Assembly: GCA_951406725.2 (NCBI GenBank)
Contig: OX597822.1
Span: 78,926,001-78,990,000, forward strand
Reading direction: 5' to 3'
Source of the DNA: Octopus vulgaris
Taxonomy: Eukaryota
Length of the DNA stretch: 64,000 nt
Part shown: one piece after another, positions 44,259-57,600 of the stretch
Layout: each line of letters begins with the position of its first letter
Numbering within the stretch: the stretch's first letter is position 1
Translations under genes and position numbers: made by a program
Notes under the pieces: model-generated
The model's database searches: none
Seen by the model: the letters and a program-made list of their open reading frames with translations, nothing else
What the model was told of the DNA's origin: nothing

Positions 44259-44359
44259 AATAATCAAAGGTGCTCAGCATCCATAGCACAGGCAAAGGAA
44301 AGTCTATGGGGCACATACACTTACACATAGATACAGGAAATTTCTGACTACACTTATAC

Positions 44360-44686
44360 TGGCACTCCGTTGCTTGCAACAACGAGGGTTCCGGTTGATC
44401 CGATCAATGGAACAGCTTGCTTGTGAGATTAATGTGCAAGTGGCTGAGCACTCCATACACACACACGTACCCCTTCACATACTTTTCAGAGAGATTCAGC
44501 ATGACACAGAGTGTGACAAGGTTGGCCCTTTGAAATACAGGTACAACTCATTTTTGCCAGCTGAATGGACTGGAGCACCGTGAAATAAAGTGCCATGCTC
44601 AAGGACACAACATGCCACCAGGAAGTGAACTTGCAACCCTACGATTGCAAGCCAAATATCCTAACCACTAGGTCATGTGCCTTCAC
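44360..44686 (-). mobile_element. tRNA-derived SINE (gtggctgagcactcca family)
   Basis: tRNA-like head on the minus strand (gtggttagg...cgtagggttgcaagttcac); related pieces at 25226-25365, 43470-43545 and 43790-43880. Confidence 0.75.
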
Positions 44687-44953
44687 ACACTTATACATAA
44701 ACATACAATATACACACTATTAAATATGCAGTGAAATATAAACTCATTGAAACACTGGATGGTTGGATATATACAAAGATAAATCAATATATATAGAGGA
44801 AGATAGAAAGTTGAATAAGTAAATAGAAAGAGATAGCTAACTGGATATATGAATACACATGATCAAAGGGTTAAATAAGAAAACTAATGTAGATGATAGA
44901 ATGATGATGTTATGTATATATTAATTATATATTAATGCATTGATGTTACTTAC

Positions 44954-45070
44954 TTGCATTCAAACTGCATGTTATCCGAGACGACGGTTGTCTGGGCGAA
45001 AGCTTTCTTTGGTTTATGTACAGGGCGTTGATAACCTCCGGCACAATGCAGCAAACCACATTGGACATTC
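44954..45070 (-). CDS. ADAM exon, Cys-rich domain
   Basis: ttctgcag|NVQCGLLHCAGGYQRPVHKPKKAFAQTTVVSDNMQFEC-K|gtaagt. 117 nt, phase 2/2. Confidence 0.95.
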
Positions 45071-45289
45071 CTGCAGAAGAGTGCACAAACATTAGTCACA
45101 CATATGTATAAGACTACAAGAAAACTAAAAACATGTCGAAATTTATCAACTGAATTATCCTTTGCCATTATTGGGGCTAAAAAGTACCCTGCCCTCCTTG
45201 CAACACACACATACACATGTGTACCAAATATCAACTTTAAAAAAGGAAGAAAAAATTGGAAAATAGATAAAAAAAAAATGAATGCTCAC

Positions 45290-45401
45290 TCTGGTTCACA
45301 CTTAGCAAAACGTCCTGTGAGACTGTCTCTGCCACAGTGTCCATTAAAGTTGCCGGTTGGATTGAACTGGTCAAAACATCGATAATCACCCCCAGTAGCA
45401 T
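45290..45401 (-). CDS. ADAM exon, Cys-rich domain
   Basis: tgtttcag|(N)ATGGDYRCFDQFNPTGNFNGHCGRDSLTGRFAKCEP-E|gtgagc. 112 nt, phase 1/2. Confidence 0.95.
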
Positions 45402-46475
45402 CTGAAACATTTAACAGAATGGAATTTCTTCATCTGTTGTAATTTGGTTAAATACACGTCAAATGATTAATGAGAATATGAATTTTTATTATTTTAAGAA
45501 AATATCTACTATAATCAATACTCTTGTGCTTTTCTCCATCACAACATATGAATAAAGAAGGAAGGGGTGATGGCAAACTGGTAGTGGGATGATGGAAATT
45601 CTACAGTGAAAAAAAATCAAATAGCGTTTCACATCTGTGTGAGTATATGTGTATGTATGTAAAAGGGAGTCATGTGAATGTTTGTGTGTGTGTATGCAAT
45701 GGAAATGGGATGGTGAACATTCAATGCTGAAAAGAAAAATCAAATGGCGTTTCAACTCTGTGTATTTGGTATTTACTTGCCAGCTCCTGTATTTAGTCAC
45801 GGCCAGCTTTATGTGGCCTCAAATCATACAAGAAGGAAGGAAAACCTTAAAATTCTTTTGAAGGAAACAAGCAGTCAAGGGATGTTAGTCGTGAATAGAT
45901 TTTTTACATAAAAGTATTAGTAAACTAAAAACTTGGTTTAGTACTTTATTTATATATAAAATATTACAATTAGCTGTCATTTTTGACAGCAAGGGACCAG
46001 CTAGTAGATTATAATTATTAACCAATAGTTTTATTATTGTGTGCTTTCACTGCACTACCAAGTGCAGTTCTGTATGCCTTGGGTATGTGCAGTAGTTTGT
46101 TTTGGTGTTGTCATTTTTATTGTATGGAAAGTGCTCTATGCAAGTTGTGTGCAGTACCTAGATATATATTCATAAATCCTGGGATTTTGGTTATGTAGAT
46201 GGATGTTTTGTAATGAACTACAAATTTGTATATTAATCATTGCTGTAAGGCATGAACTGGCAGAATTGTCACTGTGCCAGACAAAATGCTTAGCAGTATT
46301 TCTTTTGGCTTCACATTCTGAGTTCAAATGCTGCTGAAGTTGACTCTACCTTTCATTCCTTTGGGGGTTCATAAATTAAGTACCAGTTGCATACTGGGGT
46401 CGATCTAATTGACTGGCCCTCTCCCACCAAATTTCAGGCATTGTGCCTTTAGTAGAAGGGATTATTATTATCATT

Positions 46476-46700
46476 ATTGTGTTGAGACAAATGTTTTGCA
46501 AAATTTTGCTAACTGATTTGCTTTATTCATCAATTTACAACAGAAGCAGCCACGCATTCAAAGTAGGGGCCATCGTGTTGCACCGTCTGAAGCCACCTTT
46601 CTGTCAGTTCTTTAATCCTACACTGAGACCAGTTCTTGTCCTTCACTGAAGCCTCCACCTCCTCTTAGCTGATGAAGCATCACGAGTGCAGGAAGTGAGT
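46476..46700 (-). mobile_element. Mariner 3'-terminal fragment, same family as 1690-1880
   Basis: Reverse-complement similarity to 1690-1880, including the end tattgtgttgag..ttttgcaa.attttg.taac. Confidence 0.8.
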
Positions 46701-47038
46701 CATAGATAAGAACTATATATATGTGTGTATATATATATATATATATAGTTATTGAAACAGTGTTTAACTCATGACTTGAATTACAGGCCACTGTGATATT
46801 CAGGTGAGATCAACATGTATTGAGCACTTTCCTCATGTTACTTAAATGAAATTCAATGACTGAATCTGTTAGTTTGTTTGTGGGTGTGTGTGTGCATGTG
46901 AATGCATACATACATATGGATGATGATATTCAGGTAAAGAAGTGCCAGGAAATCCAAATGGAAAGAAGCTGTGAAATAGGAAAACACAGGAAGAAGTGGT
47001 GCTGATCTCAGCATGTATGAATACTATAGGCTACTTAA

Positions 47039-47258
47039 CTCTTTCGTTACCAACCCGGCTGAAACCAGCTCTGGCTCTAAGTACAAATGTCTTGTTTTCA
47101 TAAGTTTTGAATTAAAATCTTCCACCAAACTTTAGTCACAATTTATGTTCCTAACACTAGCTGAATGATAACTAAGTTATTTTACTAAATTCTTTGTTAT
47201 ATTTAAAGTAATCGAAAGAAACACAGAGCATCTCAAAATAAATACAGTAACGAAAGGG
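47039..47258 (-). mobile_element. piggyBac-type MITE, 220 bp (second copy)
   Basis: TTAA at 47035-47038 and 47259-47262; TIR CTCTTTCGTTAC/GTAACGAAAGGG; same length as the 9310 copy. Confidence 0.92.
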
Positions 47259-47392
47259 TTAATCCCCTGGTCCTGTGCAAGATAAACCGTTCCACAGTTG
47301 GATATGATTTAGTTGCAAATGTAAATACACCATATCAAGATAAACAAATAGTAGAAAATAAAGTTCTACATGAATGTTGATAAATTACTTAC

Positions 47393-47507
47393 TTTGTCCC
47401 CATATAGCTTGACACTGTTTGTCCTTTGTTGGACATTTTCCTTTGTAGCAGTAGCCAGTGTTATTAGCACATGGTTCACCATCTCGGATGCTGTTGTCAG
47501 CAGGACA
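47393..47507 (-). CDS. ADAM exon, disintegrin/Cys-rich junction
   Basis: ttctgtag|CPADNSIRDGEPCANNTGYCYKGKCPTKDKQCQAIWGQ|gtaagt. 115 nt, phase 0/1. Confidence 0.96.
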
Positions 47508-48190
47508 CTACAGAATAAAGAGAAAATAAAGATGAGAAACAATGAAAAGAACGATTTCTCTTTGGTTTTTATATAAATGTTTTTGAGAGCCAATGCTAGC
47601 CAAGTTGATATGTTGGCTTGACATCAAAACCACCACAAGTTACCAGTGCTTGTTGTGGTGTGATAGTGTGTGTGCTTCAATTACCTTGAGAGTTATACTA
47701 GCAGAGTGAAAACTCCTTGTAAGGCCTCTCATGTTAGATCAAAAGATAGAGGCCAGAGTAATATGGACCAGAGGTAAAAATGGGTTTGCATAGAGACAAT
47801 ACACCTACTAAGAAAAAAAAGCAAAGTTATATTTTGATAAGAACTGAAAACCAACAAGAGTAAGGTCTTCCTTCAAGGAAACATGAAGTTACCAAAAAAA
47901 GGAGGTCTTAGTACAGGCTAAAATCAAAAACCCTGCAGTGATGTCACTGATGGCCTATACTCCACAGGGAATGAAGGGCTTAAGTAAGCTGACATTGAAA
48001 GGGTCAATACTAATACAAATACCAGTACGACGTTTCAGATTCACTTCTCACCATTGAGAGTCATCTGATTCATTAGTAAACCAGAATGATGAAAGGTAAA
48101 TTTGACCTAAGTAAAATTTGAACTCAGACATTTGGCAGAGAAATAAATACTTAGTCTATTGTTTTTAGATTGCTGTAGATAGGGACTTAC

Positions 48191-48271
48191 AACTCCTGTC
48201 TCTCCAGTACAGTATTCTGGAACATCACATTCTGTGACGCTAGCACGACATACATAGTTTCTTGGCAACAC
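48191..48271 (-). CDS. ADAM exon, disintegrin loop (ECD)
   Basis: cttttcag|VLPRNYVCRASVTECDVPEYCTGETGV|gtaagt. 81 nt, phase 0/0. Confidence 0.96.
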
Positions 48272-48949
48272 CTGAAAAAGAGAGAGACAGATGTACACAT
48301 ACATGGATGGAGACATACTTACAGAAAACATTGAAGTACATACACATAACTAGATATTGATAAATAGAAAGAGGTTGTTAGACTGATAAACAGACAGAAA
48401 AATGTAAACCAGAAATGAGAAACTGAATCATTAATTAAAGCTACTCAGGAACAAGTCAATTAGATGAATTTCATAAAGGCAAAGATAGCTAAAACTCAGT
48501 CAGAGAGCAAACACAGAATCTGTGGAAAATGCAATGAAGTATTGACCATCTCTTAAAGAAGCACAAAGAGAGTATAAACTTAGGCATAACTGTGTCATAA
48601 ATGAGTACAGATGGATTTTAGCTGAGTGTGTGATAGAAAAGTGTTACGAACTGAGGCTGTGATGATGAACTATTACAGAATTTTATGGGATTTCGCTATA
48701 GAGAACAGCTAAGTTACAGGGGACATAGACACACTAGTATCGGTTGTCAAGTGATGTTGGAGGGGGGAGGACACAGACATACATAACATATACGACAGGC
48801 TTCTTTCAGTTTCCATCTACCAAATCCACTCACAAGGCTTATAGTAGCAGACACTTGCCCAAGGTGCCATGCAGTGGGACTGAACCCGGAACCATGTGGT
48901 TTGTAAGCAAGCTACTTACCACACAGCCATTCCTGTGCCTAAATTGAGA

Positions 48950-49452
48950 ATTATCAGGACCTAACCAGAGATGAAAAGATTGTGGAAGACTAAGACAACA
49001 ATTGTTCTAGTGGTAATTGGTGCACTTGGCACAACACTCAAACTGTTACTTAAGCGGTTGAAGGATATTGGAATTGAAACATGCAGTGTCAACCTGTAGA
49101 AAAGTGTTATCTTGTATTCTGCAAAAATTGCAAAGCTAAAAAAGATTCTTGAGATTTGAAGAAACACATTGTCACCAAACCTCAAGATAACATACAACCT
49201 TGCTAACTAAAAGAGCATGTAATAGCTTTAATAAATAAATTAATAATAATAATAATAATAATGGAACAAATAGGGGCTGCAATAAGGGTGGGACACTTGC
49301 AGAAAACAGCACTGCTTGGAACCGCTTGAAAGATCCGGATGGTGCTCAAAAAATAAGGTGTATTACCTTAGTTCACTGGTAGTGAACAGCTGACACCGTA
49401 GTACATCTCCAGCATTAGGAGCTGTGCAAAGACAATAATAATAATAATAATG
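48950..49452 (+). mobile_element. Two tandem 3' ends of RLE-type LINEs with (TAA)n tails
   Basis: EMKRLWKTKTTIVLVVIGALG followed by (aat)n at ~49240-49262; then HLQKTALLGTA followed by (aat)n at ~49434-49451. Confidence 0.7.
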
Positions 49453-49796
49453 ATTTCTAACATGGCCACCACACCACAGGATTTATGGGAGGATAGAATG
49501 AAATAAAATGAGTCTAGTATTTGACTGGTAATTATTTTATCATCTCTGAAAGATCAAAAAGTAAAACTGGCTTAAGTCTGATTTGAACTGAAAACGTAAA
49601 GGGACAAAATACATGCTCTACTGATTCTGTCACAATGGAAGGTGAATGAGCAGAGAGGAACAAAAGACAGAACAATAGTGGGGTGATGTGAATATTGAAA
49701 CAGTCAAAGGGACAACTTCTTATTCTAAGAAACAGCTGAAGAAGTTTTGCATCTTCATATCTTATTTTGCATTGTGAATCACTTGAAGACACTTAC

Positions 49797-49892
49797 AGTG
49801 CAGTTTGAGCAGCATTCTCCACTGTTGCATGATGCCCATGTATGCAGCAAACAGGTTGATGGATCACAGCATGGGTCGGTGAGTGCACACTC
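49797..49892 (-). CDS. ADAM exon, disintegrin domain
   Basis: tatttcag|ECALTDPCCDPSTCLLHTWASCNSGECCSNCT|gtaagt. 96 nt, phase 0/0. Confidence 0.96.
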
Positions 49893-50238
49893 CTGAAATA
49901 TCAGAAAATATTGCTGGGTTAGTTCAGTAGAAGCAGCCATGAGTTAAATATTATCACTTACCTTTTATATTCCTAGACATCCCTGATGCCAACATCACCA
50001 TAATCATAACTTCATAGGGATAACATTGTGATATGCATATTTAGTCTCCGTACCAATATAAAATGAAAGTGTGGTAGTATGCCAACAGACACACAAATGT
50101 CAAAGACAGCATACATTCAAGTACTCAAAGTATAATGAGCCATCAAATGAGTGAACTTCTATACTCATTCAGTCTATCCCTCACATCATTCCTACTCATT
50201 TTCCATAAAAAAGGGATACATCAAACAATGTAATCCTT

Positions 50239-50394
50239 TTCTGCTCTAGGCACAAGGCCCAAAATTTTTGGAGAAGGGGCCAGTCGATTAGGTTGACCCC
50301 AGTATGCAACTGGTACTTAATTTATTGACCCCGATAGGATGAAAGGCAAAGTCGACCTCGGTAGAATTTGAACTCAGAACGTAAAGACATATGA
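50239..50394 (-). mobile_element. 5'-truncated SINE with 16 bp target-site duplication
   Basis: aaacaatgtaatcctt at 50223-50238 and 50395-50410. Confidence 0.88.
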
Positions 50395-51066
50395 AAACAA
50401 TGTAATCCTTAAGATACAAAAGATGGGATTACCATTATTGGAAGGGCTTTAATCAAAAGCTTACTTGATCAAAATAGCATGAATGGTAAATAGCCTTACA
50501 ATCGTTAGTGAAACACTGCCTTCACATTGCTGTCGATGGTGGCGTTTATAATAATGTTTCTGATTTAGGTACAAGGCCAGCAATTTCAGAAAGGGGGAGA
50601 GGTTGATTGATAGTATGAACCCCGGTACTTGAATAGTGCTTTCTTTTATCAACCCTGGAGGGATGAAAAGCAAAGTTGACCGGCTACTTATTTTAGTCTT
50701 TGGATAGCAGCCATTCTGGAGAACTGCCTTGAAAGGTTTAGTCAGACAAATTGACCCAAATATCCATTTCTAAGGCTGGTATGTATTCTATCAGATTCTT
50801 TTGCTGAACTGCTAAGTTATGGGGCTGCAAACAAACCAACACCAGCTGTCAAGTGGTAGTGGTGAGGGACAAACTCAAAGACAGAGAGACACATACAAGC
50901 TTCCACAAAGTTTCTAATCGACTGACCCCCTCCCCAAAAATTTTGGACCTTGTGCCTACAGTGGAAAAAAATTATAAGTTGCAAATAGAAAATATACCCA
51001 CATTTCCTGGTTTCTACAAACTTATAATACGCATATAGAAACATAAATGGAAAACATTAACCATAC

Positions 51067-51138
51067 CTCTGGAGTACCGCAGTCACACTCTTCACCTCGT
51101 TCTATCCGGTTATTTCCACATGTCTCCACAAATATACT
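51067..51138 (-). CDS. ADAM exon, start of disintegrin domain
   Basis: ttttttag|SIFVETCGNNRIERGEECDCGTPE|gtatgg. CGN..EECDCG signature; 72 nt, phase 0/0. Confidence 0.96.
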
Positions 51139-52739
51139 CTAAAAAAAAAAAAGAACAGAAAAGATAAAATAAGCAATCAAACTAAGATATCAATGGCGAT
51201 ATTAGCTACAGTTGATTATTTACTATTTTAGTAATTTATATGATATCATAATGTACATATATTTGACTAGCTAGTTATAAATATGAAATACAAGTTACAT
51301 ACTTACACTGGATACAATGCAATATATTTGAATATGTAGTGTACAGTCGAATATTGTGTGTGAGTAGAAAAATTAATGCTAAGCTGATGTTTATTTGATG
51401 CATGTATGAGTAACCAGTACAATTATTATTTTATATTTTCATAGTTTAGTCTAAAGGAGGGAGACAGGGACCATGACCTTTGCAGACACTCCTAGCCTCC
51501 CAGAATAATGGTTAAGACACTCCTTACTCTATATACAATCTAGATATACGCCAACGGGACGTACAAAATTTATTCTATATTTTGACATATTTATTTCTAA
51601 CAAACAAACTACAGATGGACACACTTTCTCAAAAAAATAAGTTTAACAAGAGTAAACTCCCTTGGAGAATTACTTCCCCTTAAAACTACTGCGAGGGAAT
51701 TATAAAGCTTAAAATTATACAATTACAATGTCAGAGAAAATGAACAGAACAGCTTAATGGAGTTAAGCCGCAAACCTGTTGCATATCAGATGTCCGTGTC
51801 GGTGATAGTCTATTGCTCTGATCAGCTTCATCTCTTAAAGAAACCTTGCTGTGTTCTATTTACTTCCACCTGTCTCTCATGAGGATCATGAGTATTTCAG
51901 TAGCCAGTGGACATAGTTTATTAGTGTATTTCATGTCCCCTTTTCCAATGCTGGCCAGAGTTTTGAGTGAGGGATTGTCTGAGGAAGGATTTTGTGGTTG
52001 GATACTCTTCTTATTGTGAACCCTCATTAGTTTTTCAAAGAAGAGATGGATTTTTTTTTCTTTTCCATAAGCCTTTGTAGGAACACAGTAACTTGTAATG
52101 TGAACAACAAATGTTTAACACCATAACACTGTTTTGCTCAGCTGATGAGAGGCAAAGCTGTAGAATGTCAATACTAGCACTCATGTATGTATACACTCAT
52201 ACACATAAAAGAGCTTCCATACAGTTTCCATCTACAAAATTCACTCAACAAGGTACCTGTTGGCCTGGGGTTATATAAAGAGTGTGACTGAACTTGAAAG
52301 TAAGCAGTTGCTAAGTGAATTTCTAAACCACACAGCCATGTCTGCATCTATGATATTATAAAATATATTATAGAAATCTTTATGCTATATGATGACTACT
52401 TTATCCTTATAACTATCGTGCTTCTAAGACAAAATGGATCATTGTTTGTTTTGCTAAAAATAGTAACCTAATCTTCCTTAAATCAAACCTACTAGCTTAC
52501 AACAACAGCAAAAAGAACACAATGTTTTCTGTAATATATTAGGGCTCATAAAAGATGGGGTGGTCACAGCTGGAACATTTTTGATCATAGACCTATAAAC
52601 TATAAACTGCAATCATTGTACCTAACAAAAATAAACCCCGTTTTCATGTTATTTCAGTGAGTAAAAAAAAACTGTGCTTATGAAATATTTATGTATGTGT
52701 ATATATATATATATATAATGAGTATGTATATGGTCATAC

Positions 52740-52845
52740 CTTTTGTGGGTGAATCATACAAGATGCCATCCCCATGCTGAGCCCTGTGTCCAGATCTTTT
52801 CGACTGCAGTCAGAAAATAATCGTGAGTGAAGAGCAGTTGAGCGT
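52740..52845 (-). CDS. ADAM exon, end of metalloprotease-like domain
   Basis: tactttcag|RSTALHSRLFSDCSRKDLDTGLSMGMASCMIHPQK|gtatga. FSxCS motif; 106 nt, phase 2/0. Confidence 0.93.
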
Positions 52846-54569
52846 CTGAAAGTAAAATGACAAGATATCTCAAGAAGGAGTTCTGAATAATATAATATTG
52901 TATTTCATTTCATTCATTCAATGCATTTATCATCACTAACAGTAATTTTATCAACTTTAGGTTTTTGCATTCAGGACTGTGAAGCTTTTAAAATATATAC
53001 AATCTGTGCTAGGCTGCTGTTGTCAATGATGTAAGTACACAAGTGCTGTTTCCAGTCCTTGAACTCATAAGGCCAGTTACCCTGTTCCCATGATGTACAA
53101 GAGATTGAGATCTTAATATTCTCCTTGGACAGGATGCTGGTCCATTGTGGAGTTAACTCGTTTACAGTTGAGTGGCTGGATCAACAAGAAATGGAGGGTT
53201 TTGCTCAAGAACAATGCACCAACCACCCAGTCCAGGAACTGAAATCACACTCTTACAATCGTTAGTGAAACACCCTAACCACTATGCCACTTGCCTTCAC
53301 ATTGCTGTTGATGGTGGTGTTAATAATAATGTTTTCTAATTTATGCACAAGGCCAGCACTTTCAGGGAGAAGAGGTTGGTTGATAGCATCAACGCCAGTA
53401 CTTGATTAGTGCTCTCTTTTATCAACCCTGAAGCAATGAAAAGTAAAGTTGACCTTGGTGGGATTTGAACTCAAAATATAAAGGGCCAGAAATAATGGTT
53501 TCTAATTTAAGCACAAGTCAGAGATTTCAAAAGGAGGGAGTATGTTAATATCATCAGCTCCAGTAGGATGAAAGGCAATGTTGACCTTGGCTACGTTTCA
53601 ACTCACACCATAAAGAGAGACGTTAGAAATATCACACAGCTGTTATGATGTGGGTATACATATGTCTGGTGTAAAATGGTATTACACAAATAAATAGTTG
53701 GTTGTGGTTATCTAAAAATAACCTATTGCAGAAATATATTAACACAGAATGCACTCCGTACTACTCAAACATAGGTATGGTACTCAGTATTTACTGTTGA
53801 ACTACTGACCGTTAAACCAACACAGTCAAACTATCACCGTCAGCTGTCCCTTTGACAGTTCACTCAGTTCTTTATTGTAATTGGTAATACACCTTCAGTC
53901 ACATGGGGGTATTCAAGATTCTCCTATAACAATATCATTTTGCCCAGTGCACTAATGATCCTGCAAATCCACAACGTTTTGATGATAATGATTATAATAA
54001 TCATAAAAAGGCAGGGAGAAGATAATTAAAGCTAGTCCTATATCTATAAAAAGTAATCTTCAGGGGAGAAGATTATTCTTCTGCTGTCTGACCAAGCTCA
54101 GACTCCACTAACAAATCTGAATGTTTTGATCAGTTTGATCCCTGATTGTCACTAGGTGACTTATTCCTGGATGTTTGTTTTCTTTAAAAAATTGGTTCGT
54201 TCAGTCTGGAGGAAGTAGCTCTGCCCATAACCTTCACAGACCAATCAAGACTGGTGGGAGTGATGCTGATAATGTTTCTGATGAAAAGTTGATGCACACA
54301 ATAACCAGCTGTGTTAGAAAGGTTCTTCCTTCAAAATTGATCTTGTACAATGCATTCACCCACGAATAAGACATGTAATGATGATCAGAGATCAAACAAA
54401 TTTAAGTGTAGTGTAGGAATCAATATTGAAAAAATATTCATTATTAGAAAAGAAATAAAATATCAGAAAAATTATCCCCTTATTAACACCAACATTTGTC
54501 ATACATTTAAATTAAAGGTTGTAACAGGTTTAAGTTGTGGAAGAATTCTGTGAAGTAATTGATACGTAC

Positions 54570-54621
54570 AGAACTGTTGTGGACATCAAACATCCAAACT
54601 GATCTTTACAAGAACAGCCAC
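54570..54621 (-). CDS. ADAM exon with Met-turn (CLM)
   Basis: tgtctttag|(S)GCSCKDQFGCLMSTTV-L|gtacgt. 52 nt, phase 1/2. Confidence 0.92.
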
Positions 54622-57600
54622 CTAAAGACAAAAGGGAAAGTGAAATCAGTAAAATGTTTAAAAAGAAGATAATACAAGTGAATTAAGGATGTGAGATATG
54701 ATAAAGCCCTTTAGTTTTATTGCAGTATACATATAAATAGAGAAGTGAACTACATTACAGTTTGATGGAAAGTTTATCTTTTAAAAAAACCCAGAATTTA
54801 TATCATGTGGTATGTATGCACCATGCCTATAGGGGAACCTCTACATTAGAGTTTCTGAAGGTGTGGAGTACATCCCACTGGTGAGGTATGGAATACTGCT
54901 GAGTGGAGTGTGAATAAATTACAAGTGAATAAAACTTGCAATAAAGTTTTAATTAAACCCTTCACTCAGCTAGGCTTGTCAAAGTCCTTTTGTTGCTATT
55001 TGTAGCCTCATGAATGACCTGCCCTCACTACTACAGGTCTGCTTTAGGTTTGGCAAATCTAGGTGATTGATTGACAGAAGGATTAATCAAACAAATGATT
55101 GGTTAACTAATTAAATGTAAATGAATTGAGTAATAATAGTAAAAGGAGTGGAATAGATCCAGTGTGTGTCTTGATTTTTGATATAATGTCCCTTCCCAAG
55201 ATCTAACAAATGATCTTTTACTTCTTAGCAAGCATATTGGATCAGTTCAGGAATTTCATTTGCTCATTGCTCACATAATTAACTAACCAAATGCATCTGG
55301 TACATCTCAAGTCCTGAAAAAAAGGTTCTTTCATTTTGTATCATTCAACAAAACAGTTCATATAAAATGTACAGACAACAACAAGGAAATCATAAACAAC
55401 AACAACATCAAAAGCAACAACTATAAAAAGAAAAATTTACTATTATCATCATTATTAAGTGCATATTTCAAATTTATTTGAATGACAAAATGATAAGGAA
55501 GGGAAAGACAATGTGAAATTGAAGTGAAAGGGATAAAGAGGGGAAGAGGATAAGAGAAAAGAAATGAGGTAGAAATAAGCTGTGAGAGAAAAGATAAGGA
55601 GAAAGAAAGAAAACTAAGCCAAGCAATGAGATTACCATTGCCTTGAGAAATAATAAAATACACAGAGTTAAAAAAGAAACCTTGGATGGAAAAAAAACAA
55701 AATGACCCATCCAGAAAACTACCTGCAGGACTTATCCTGTACAGCCATGAAAGCATTACACCAAAGTAATTCTATAAATTTCATCTCTCTAAATTAGAGG
55801 CTTTAGTCTTACAAAATGAGGAGGTTTGTTTACATTTCGAACATAAATGTAGAAGTATCAAAAAATATGTAACTAAGTCTTCTATTAATGATGAATTTTG
55901 ACTGAAAATCCAGCTGTAAATAATAGCTCATAATACATAATAATGATTTCTAAACTAGGCAAAAGGTCAGAAATCTTAAAAGAGGGACAGTTACTGAAAC
56001 TGGCCAGTACTTATGTGAACTCAGAAGGATGAAAAGCAAAGTCAACTTTGATGGGATTTGAACTCATAATATAAAATAAAGGGATGTCTTTAAATAGTGC
56101 AAGGAATTTCATCCAACACAGTTTGTGTTACTATCATCCTATAATAATGATAATAATAATTACTTCTTCATTAGACATGAAGGCTCCAGACACACAACAC
56201 AACAGATGTTAAGAATCAGGTCATGAATTTTTAGAGAAGAGTAAAGTTACGTATGTTTAGCACAAAGCCAAAAAATATTGTAGGGTTCAGAGACATATCA
56301 ATTAAACCAAACATATTACTCAAGTAATATATATATTTTGTAGATCCTAAGAGAATGAAAAGTAATATCGACCGTGGAGGGGTGGATTTGAAATCAAAAT
56401 ATAATGAGTTGGAACAAATACCCTTCATTATGTATCAATTTCAACATATCAATAACAATGAAAACACATCAGTAATGAAGGTTATTTTCTAAAATTATTT
56501 CAGAGTTAGTCACAAGTCCACTTATTTAACGAGATAGGTGTAGGCAAATTCATCTGTCCCACTACTTCATTGCAACTTATTCTATTGACCCCCTGATGGA
56601 TCAAAGGCAAAAATCACCCCTTGTTCAATTTGAACACTGAATATAAAAGGATGTTACTAAATAACATGCAATATTAAGCCAATTAATCTATAGTTTCTGT
56701 CATACCATATATTTATGATTACTAACAGAGGTGGAAGGCCTCGAATTTGGAGGAAAGAATTATTTGTCAAATTGGACTCAGTGCTTGACCATGCGGCAAG
56801 AAATTTACTATCCAAACACATGGTTTTGGGTTCAGCCCCATTGCATGGTACTTTGGCCAAGTGTCTTCTACTATAACCTCAAACAGACCACAATGGATTT
56901 GGTAGATAGAAACTGAAAGAACCCTGTCTGACACACACGTCCAACCCATGCTAGCATGGAACATAGATGTTAAATGATGATAATGATGTGTGTGTGTGTA
57001 TATATATATATATATAACAATGTGCATGCTACTGTCTTTTTTGTCTCGACATCATGTTAAAGTTGTACATAAGTATCACTCTCATGCAAGCAGTGTTTGT
57101 TTACCATCTTCCATGAAATATTGCCTGACTTAGAAACAGGTGAAAGTTGGTGACAGGAAGGGCATGCAGCTATAAAAAAAATCCAGGAGTATGCTTAATT
57201 GAAGACGTACACCAATTAAGTAGTATACTAGTAAAGAAGTCCGGGTAGAAGTAGGGGTTCACCAAGTATACTATTTCGAATAATTAAAGGAGTGTACTAA
57301 TTAATTAGATAAGCCTCAGTGAATGGCTGGAATTTACTTTATTAATTCCAGAAGCACAAAAGGCCTTGGAGCTGATCTTGGTGAAATTTGAATTCAAAAC
57401 AAAAGCGTGTATCTAAATACCACAAGGTATTTTAATCTGTAGTCAACTAATTCTTGTCACTCTACTGTCTTGATAATGTTGATGGTAATGATTCTTTAGT
57501 TTGACTTAGATAATTGTTTAAAGATGAAAAGAAATGTAATGTCTAGTCTGATACCTAGTTCTGATGCATAGCTTGGGATCCAGTCATCAACAATGATTTA

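Noticed and set aside
48028-48058. Hammerhead-like GAAACGTC motif on the minus strand
   Set aside because: The upstream core (ATGGTGA) and stems do not fit; too degenerate to call.
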